Source of the DNA: Eubacterium sp. CAG:180
GTDB taxonomy: Bacteria > Bacillota > Clostridia > Oscillospirales > CAG-272
Length of the DNA stretch: 44,404 bases
Direction of reading: 5' to 3'
Assembly (NCBI GenBank): GCA_963628215.1
Contig: CAVGEJ010000004.1
Coordinates: 1 to 44,404, forward strand
Of the stretch, positions 44,397-44,404 are shown piece by piece. Under the pieces are notes generated by a model, which was given only the letters and a program-made list of their open reading frames with translations, ran no database searches and was not told where the DNA came from. A program made the position numbers and the translations under genes. The number at the start of each line of letters is the position of its first letter. Position 1 is the first letter of the stretch.

Positions 44397-44404
44397 TGTT
44401 GTTT

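Noticed and set aside
1-44404. CRISPR arrays, tRNA/rRNA genes, transposases/integrases, toxin-antitoxin pairs, or recognisable phage-defence genes
   Set aside because: None was recognised on either strand. The only repeat structures seen are the operator palindromes, the MITE-like element and the spacer hairpins reported above.

Overview
High-GC (roughly 58-60% by eye) Firmicutes/Clostridia-like chromosomal window, probably Oscillospirales-type; that placement is inferred from protein styles only. No rRNA, tRNA, CRISPR array, transposase or phage gene was recognised. Contents by region: (1) 1-13.5 kb, plus strand: a ten-gene de novo purine operon (purE-purC-purF-purM-purN, PurO-like IMP cyclohydrolase, AICAR formyltransferase, purD-purL-fhs) behind a candidate ZTP (pfl) riboswitch with its own terminator. 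(2) 13.6-26.5 kb, minus strand: a five-gene envelope operon with two tandem MacB-type proteins (ABC ATPase fused to an FtsX permease), two lipoproteins over 1000 aa (Listeria-Bacteroides repeats, BspA-type LRR) and a C-tail-anchored surface protein. It has a consensus TTGACA-17-TATAAT promoter carrying two 16-bp palindromes (GTTAG-N6-CTAAC). (3) 26.66-26.95 kb: a MITE-like element with 50-bp inverted arms. (4) 27.0-33.6 kb, minus strand: a six-gene operon. It encodes a DtxR/MntR-like regulator, two exporter-fold ABC half-transporters, an MptD-type ECF S component, EcfT and a duplicated EcfA. Four junctions are ATGA overlaps, and it sits behind a second consensus promoter carrying the same palindrome. 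(5) 33.9-44.4 kb: a small hypothetical gene, a nucleoside hydrolase, an EF-G2-type paralogue, tatD, gpsA (TTG start), a membrane protein plus metG, and a TasA/CalY-like protein (SipW-type signal peptide) fused to a beta-helix-like C-terminus, cut by the window edge. The best candidate for an undescribed system is the two-operon regulon defined by the shared operator: the MacB-pair/giant-lipoprotein operon plus the regulator/ABC/ECF operon. All family assignments rest on motifs read by eye and recalled family knowledge. No searches were run.
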